Shown: one piece after another, positions 29,378-33,604 of the stretch | Layout: each line of letters opens with the position of its first letter | Numbering within the stretch: the first letter of the stretch is position 1 | NCBI GenBank assembly: GCA_016875645.1 | Contig: VGPE01000003.1 | Coordinates: 1 to 33,604 of the forward strand | Direction of reading: 5' to 3' | Source of the DNA: Chloroflexota bacterium | GTDB lineage: Bacteria; Chloroflexota; Limnocylindria; Limnocylindrales; CSP1-4 | Length of the DNA stretch: 33,604 nucleotides | Notes under the pieces: generated by a model | The model's database searches: none | The model's input: only the letters and a program-made list of their open reading frames with translations | Told to the model about the DNA's origin: nothing | Made by a program: the position numbers and the translations under genes

Positions 29378-30727
29378 ATGACCCGATTGCTCGCCACTCC
29401 CGCCGAGTGGCCGCGGATCCTGCTCGCCCGCGCCGAACGGGACATCTCCGTCCCTGACCTGGCACCAGAGACGGGCCCCGACCTCGAGCGGGCCTTCACC
29501 CTCGGCGCGTTCGAGGGATTGCGACTCGCCATTGACGAGCTCGGGCCTGAGGGCGTCATCGGCGAGGTCGAGCGGGCGAACCTTCGGGGCCGCGGCGGCG
29601 CGGGGCACCCGGCGGCGGCCAAGTGGCGAGCGGCACGGGCCCAGGAGAGCAGCCGCCGGTTCGTCGTCGCGAACGGCTACGGCGCCGATCCCGCGTCGTT
29701 CACCGACATGATCCTGATGGAACGCGACCCCTGGGCCATTCTCGAAGGCATCGCGATCGTCGCCTACACGATCCGGGCGACCGAGGCGGTGATCGCGATC
29801 CGGGCCGAGTACACCGAGGCCATCCGCCGGCTCGACGAGGCCATCCTCGCCGCCGAGGAGGCCGGCTTCCTGGGCACCGACATCCTGGAGTCGGGCGTCA
29901 ACCTCACGGTCACGGTCCGGGTGGTGCAGGGTGCATACATGCTGGGCGAGGAGACCGTCCTGCTCAAGGCCCTCGAGGGCAAGCGCGGCCAGCCCGAGCA
30001 GCGGCCGCCCTACCCCGCGGCGCGCGGGCTCTTCGGCCAGCCGACGGTGGTCCACAACGTCGCGACTCTCGCCGCCGTGCCGTGGATCATCGCCAACGGC
30101 GCCGCAGCGTTCGCGGCCATCGGCTCGCCCGACGCACCGGGTACTGCTTTGGTCCAGGTCCGCGGCCTTGAAACGGAGGGCATCGCGGAGGTCCCGACGG
30201 GCACCCCGCTGCGCGAGATCGTTGGCCTAACGGCCGCGTTCGGCGGCGGCCGGAAGATCAAGGCGGTCCTCGTCGGCGGGCCGTCCGGCGGCCTGCTACC
30301 GGCCGACCTGCTCGACACCCCATATGCGTTCGAGGCGCTGCGGTCCGTCGGCGGCCATATCGGCTCGGGCTCCGTGGTCGTGGCCGACGAGCGCGCCTGT
30401 GTCGTGGACCTCGCCCGCCTCCTCACCCGGTTCTGCGCGGATGAAGCGTGCGGCAAGACAATCCCGTGCCGGATCGGCCTCAGACGCCTGGCGGAGATCG
30501 CCGAGCGCGCCACGAACGGCCACCCGCGGCCCACCGACGCCCAACTCATCAGCGACCTCTGCCACGATGTCTCCGAATCCGGGCTGTGCGACCACGAGCG
30601 CCTTGCGACCCTTCCGCTGACGACCGGGATGCGATACTTCCGCTCCGAACTCGACGATCACCTGCTCCGCGGGACGTGCCCTGCCGGCGTCTGCCGGCCG
30701 ATCGCCGTGAGCGGAGCGGCGCACTGA
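29378..30727 (+). CDS. nuoF: NuoF/HydB-like flavoprotein subunit (degenerate motifs)
   Basis: LRGRGGAGHP..KW, GAYMLGEETVLLKALEGKRGQP, GGPSGG, EACGKTIPCRIG, and C-terminal H..CPAGVC. Confidence 0.85.
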   Translation: MTRLLATPAEWPRILLARAERDISVPDLAPETGPDLERAFTLGAFEGLRLAIDELGPEGVIGEVERANLRGRGGAGHPAAAKWRAARAQESSRRFVVANGYGADPASFTDMILMERDPWAILEGIAIVAYTIRATEAVIAIRAEYTEAIRRLDEAILAAEEAGFLGTDILESGVNLTVTVRVVQGAYMLGEETVLLKALEGKRGQPEQRPPYPAARGLFGQPTVVHNVATLAAVPWIIANGAAAFAAIGSPDAPGTALVQVRGLETEGIAEVPTGTPLREIVGLTAAFGGGRKIKAVLVGGPSGGLLPADLLDTPYAFEALRSVGGHIGSGSVVVADERACVVDLARLLTRFCADEACGKTIPCRIGLRRLAEIAERATNGHPRPTDAQLISDLCHDVSESGLCDHERLATLPLTTGMRYFRSELDDHLLRGTCPAGVCRPIAVSGAAH

Positions 30728-30773
30728 TGACACTCTCGTCCCTCGCCCGCATCACCCACGCCCGCGAGATCCG

Positions 30774-33371
30774 ATGACCGACCTGATCGTCCGCCCGGAC
30801 GCCGACGCCACCGCCCTCGCCGAGACGCTGCTCACGATCCAGGCGCCGCAGCGCCCGGTGGCAACGCCGCGCATCCGGATCGAAGTGGACGGTCGCGTCG
30901 TGGAGGGATTCGAGGGCCAGACGATCCTCGAGGTCTGCCGCGACAACGGCATCGAGATCCCGACGCTCTGCTACGAGCCCAAGCTGCCGGGCTTCGGCGC
31001 CTGCCGGATGTGCGTCGTCGAGGTCGAGGGCGAGGACCACCCGCCGATTTCCTGTTCACGCTCGGCTGAGGCGGGCATGAAGGTCCAGACCCAGACCGAG
31101 GAGATGCGCCGGCTGCGCAGAACCAACCTCGAGCTGATCTTCAGCGACCACAACGCGTACTGCCTGCCGCCGTGCCAGAACAAGTGCCCGAGTCACATCG
31201 ACATCCCGGGCTTCCTCAAGATGAACGCCGAGACGAACTGGCGGGAATCCACGCGGATCTTCAAGCGCACGATCCCCTTCCCGTCGGTCCTCGGCCGGGT
31301 CTGCCCTGCCCCGTGCGAGGAGCACTGCCGGCGCGACGAGGTGGACGAGGCGATCGCGATCCGCGACTCGCACCGCTACGCCGGCGACCAGGTGCTCAAG
31401 CAGATGAACGACCAGGGCATCGACCCGCCCGTCCCGTTCGAGCTGCGCGAGAAGAGCGGGCGCCGGGTGGCGGTGATCGGATCCGGGCCCGCGGGCGCTG
31501 CCGCGGCGTACTACCTGCTCATCGTCGGCCACGACGTGACGATCTTCGAGCGTGACGCGGCTCCGGGCGGCATGCTCCGCTACGGCATCCCCCAGTACCG
31601 CCTGCCCAAGGTCGAGGTGCTCGAGGGCGAGTACGAGAGCATCACCCGCCTCGGCGGCCGCTTCGTGTGCAACCAGGGCCTGGGTCGCGACTTCACGCTC
31701 GACGACCTCCAGAACCAGGGCTACGACGCGGTCCTCGTCGCGATCGGGTGCTACGACACCAATAAGCTCGGGATCCCGGGTGAGGACGCCGACGGCGTCA
31801 TCGACGGACTCGAGTACCTGCGGACCGCGACGCTCGGCCTGGAGTACCCGGGCCACAAGGGCAGCCGGGTGGTCGTGATCGGCGGCGGCTTCACCTCGAT
31901 GGACTGCACGCGCACGTCCGTGCGCCAGGGTGCCGCCGACGTGACCCTCGTTTACCGGCGCGACATGAAGGACATGCCGGCGTCGAACGAGGTCCACGAG
32001 GCGATCGAGGAAGGCGCGACGGCGATCTTCCAGGCCGGCCCGGTCCGGGTCGTCACCGACGCGAATAACAAGGTGACCGGCGTTGAGTTCATCCGGATGC
32101 GCCTGGGCGAGCCCGACGCATCCGGCCGGCGACGCCCGGAACCGGCGGCCGGCACCGAGTTCACGCTGCCCTGCGACCGGGTGCTGCTGGCGATCGGCCA
32201 GGGCCCCGACCTGTCGTGGATCGGGCCCGGCAGCGAGGGCCCCAAGCCGAATCGCCAGCGCCGTCTGGCGGCTGACGCAGTCACCTTCGCCACCGGGCGG
32301 CCCGGCGTGTTCGGGACCGGCGACGTCCGCATCGGGTCCGCAACGGTCGTGGAAGCCGTCGCCGAGGGTCGGCGGGCCGCCTACGCGGCGGACGCCTACG
32401 TGCGCGGGATGGACCTCGATGCGATCCGGACGCGCCAGACCCTGGCCGAGCCGAAGCCGGAGTTCCTCTCGATCGTGCCGTTCACGAGCGAGGCCAAGGA
32501 GCCGCGCTACCGCATGACGGCCATGGAGCCCGAGGCGCGCAACACCAACTACATCGAGTACGAGATCCCGTATACCCGCGAGGCGGCCGTCGCCGAGTCC
32601 ACGCGCTGTCTCCAGTGCACGTGCGAGGCGATCGGGTTCTGCGACCTGCGGCGCCTGGGGATCGAGTACGGCACGACACTGCGCACCCTGGAGCCGCAGC
32701 ATCACAGTGGGGCGGGCCATCGCTCGGTGACCGAGAACCGGTTCACAGGCACCAATCACGACTACCTTCGCGACGACAGCCACGCCTTCATCCTGCGCGA
32801 GCCCTCGCGCTGCATCGACTGCGGACGCTGCGCCAACGTCTGTGCGGAGGTCGTTGGGGCCGCCTGCTACGACTTCATGCGGATCGGCTTCGACACGCTC
32901 GTGACGACGCCGCTCGACATGAGCCTCAACGACACCCCGTGCGTGTCCTGCGGCCGCTGTGCGGAGACGTGCCCGACCGGCGCCCTCATGCCCAAGCCCC
33001 GCGTCCTGCAGAAGTACGAGGTGGACGAGAGCCGCTGCATCCTGTGCGGCATCTGCGTGGATGCCTGCCCGTACGACGCGCTGCGCGACAGCACCGAGCT
33101 CGAGCTTGCGCACGACAGCCGTGTGCAGCCGATGATCGACCTGCTGGCGTATTCAGCCACGGCACGCGACACCGAGGTCAGCTACATCCGACGCGAGCGC
33201 GACTGGGCCGAACGGGCCATGGCCGAGGGCCGCCTGCTCGATCCCGGCCGCCTCCTGCCCGTCCTGCCCGCAACGATCGGTGCGCGCGTTCCCGGCGCCG
33301 GTGGCGAGGGCAACGGTCACGGCCATGGCAACGGCCACGGCTCGGCGTCACTGCCTGCCCATCACAAGTAA
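30774..33371 (+). CDS. Multidomain Fe-S flavoprotein: NuoG-like 2Fe-2S N-domain + GltD/NfnB-like FAD/NAD(P) domain + 2x[4Fe-4S] + NuoI C-terminal half
   Basis: IPTLCY..GACRMCVVEV; PCQNKCPSHIDIPG; GRVCPAPCEEHCRR; VAVIGSGPAG; VIGGGFTSMD; VYRR; RCIDCGRCANVC; CVSCGRCAETCPTGAL; YEVDESRCILCGICVDACPYDAL..ELA. Confidence 0.88.
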   Translation: MTDLIVRPDADATALAETLLTIQAPQRPVATPRIRIEVDGRVVEGFEGQTILEVCRDNGIEIPTLCYEPKLPGFGACRMCVVEVEGEDHPPISCSRSAEAGMKVQTQTEEMRRLRRTNLELIFSDHNAYCLPPCQNKCPSHIDIPGFLKMNAETNWRESTRIFKRTIPFPSVLGRVCPAPCEEHCRRDEVDEAIAIRDSHRYAGDQVLKQMNDQGIDPPVPFELREKSGRRVAVIGSGPAGAAAAYYLLIVGHDVTIFERDAAPGGMLRYGIPQYRLPKVEVLEGEYESITRLGGRFVCNQGLGRDFTLDDLQNQGYDAVLVAIGCYDTNKLGIPGEDADGVIDGLEYLRTATLGLEYPGHKGSRVVVIGGGFTSMDCTRTSVRQGAADVTLVYRRDMKDMPASNEVHEAIEEGATAIFQAGPVRVVTDANNKVTGVEFIRMRLGEPDASGRRRPEPAAGTEFTLPCDRVLLAIGQGPDLSWIGPGSEGPKPNRQRRLAADAVTFATGRPGVFGTGDVRIGSATVVEAVAEGRRAAYAADAYVRGMDLDAIRTRQTLAEPKPEFLSIVPFTSEAKEPRYRMTAMEPEARNTNYIEYEIPYTREAAVAESTRCLQCTCEAIGFCDLRRLGIEYGTTLRTLEPQHHSGAGHRSVTENRFTGTNHDYLRDDSHAFILREPSRCIDCGRCANVCAEVVGAACYDFMRIGFDTLVTTPLDMSLNDTPCVSCGRCAETCPTGALMPKPRVLQKYEVDESRCILCGICVDACPYDALRDSTELELAHDSRVQPMIDLLAYSATARDTEVSYIRRERDWAERAMAEGRLLDPGRLLPVLPATIGARVPGAGGEGNGHGHGNGHGSASLPAHHK

Positions 33372-33449
33372 CGGTCGAAGAGGGACTGGCCCGGGTCGGC
33401 TCGCAGGCCGGTCGCGGGTGCTGCCAGTCAAGGGAGCCAGAGGGAGTTC

Positions 33450-33604
33450 GTGGCGATACCGAACACGGTCCCGTTCATCGGGATCGGCTGGGACGACGTG
33501 CTGTTTCTGATCTTCGCGGCGGCGATGATCGGGACGGCCCTGCTCGTCGTCACGATGAAGGACATCATCCGCTGCGGCCTGGCCATGATCGCCTCCTTCG
33601 CCGC
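33450..33604 (+). CDS. nuoJ: NADH-quinone oxidoreductase subunit J (5' partial, runs off the window)
   Basis: GTG after GGGAG; ..VLFLIFAAAMIGTALLVVTMKDIIRCGLAMIASFA fits the NuoJ TM1-TM2 pattern, at the expected operon position. Confidence 0.75.
   Translation, partial: MAIPNTVPFIGIGWDDVLFLIFAAAMIGTALLVVTMKDIIRCGLAMIASFA

Noticed and set aside
30774-33371. FeFe-hydrogenase or formate dehydrogenase catalytic subunit
   Set aside because: No H-cluster motifs and no molybdopterin-binding domain; only the shared Fe-S N-terminal domains.
33300-33371. His/Gly-rich tail (GNGHGHGNGHG...HHK) as a metal-binding module
   Set aside because: Short low-complexity tail; similar disordered termini occur on many proteins here, so no function can be supported.

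Overview
High-GC bacterial chromosomal segment made mostly of housekeeping genes. The gene set and protein style suggest Chloroflexota (possibly Limnocylindria-like); this is inference only. Gene order: csoR-family repressor with its operator; a promoter flanked by DnaA-box-like sites with a structured leader, then rsmG; a metallophosphoesterase; a K+ module (KimA/YdaO-type APC transporter, USP, two TrkA/RCK proteins); a heat-shock cluster (hsp20, hspR-like, lon, class-B J protein, clpB) sharing a non-canonical operator; a Nudix hydrolase; an ABC-2 exporter, cupin and membrane protein on the minus strand; a divergent purH with a structured leader; glpX; folK; a CofC-like hypothetical; a MidA/NDUFAF7 methyltransferase; and an atypical complex I operon (nuoA-B-C-D-H, three unusual genes, start of nuoJ). 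The main finding is that nuoI appears split. Its N-half is fused to a NuoE-like domain and its C-half sits at the end of an 865-aa NuoG-N/GltD(NfnB)-type flavoprotein, with a degenerate HydB-like NuoF between them. This looks like an NfnABC/Bfu-like NAD(P)H module inserted inside nuoI and tethered to the proton-pumping arm. No mobile element, CRISPR array, rRNA or tRNA was seen. All calls come from reading motifs by eye; no searches were run.
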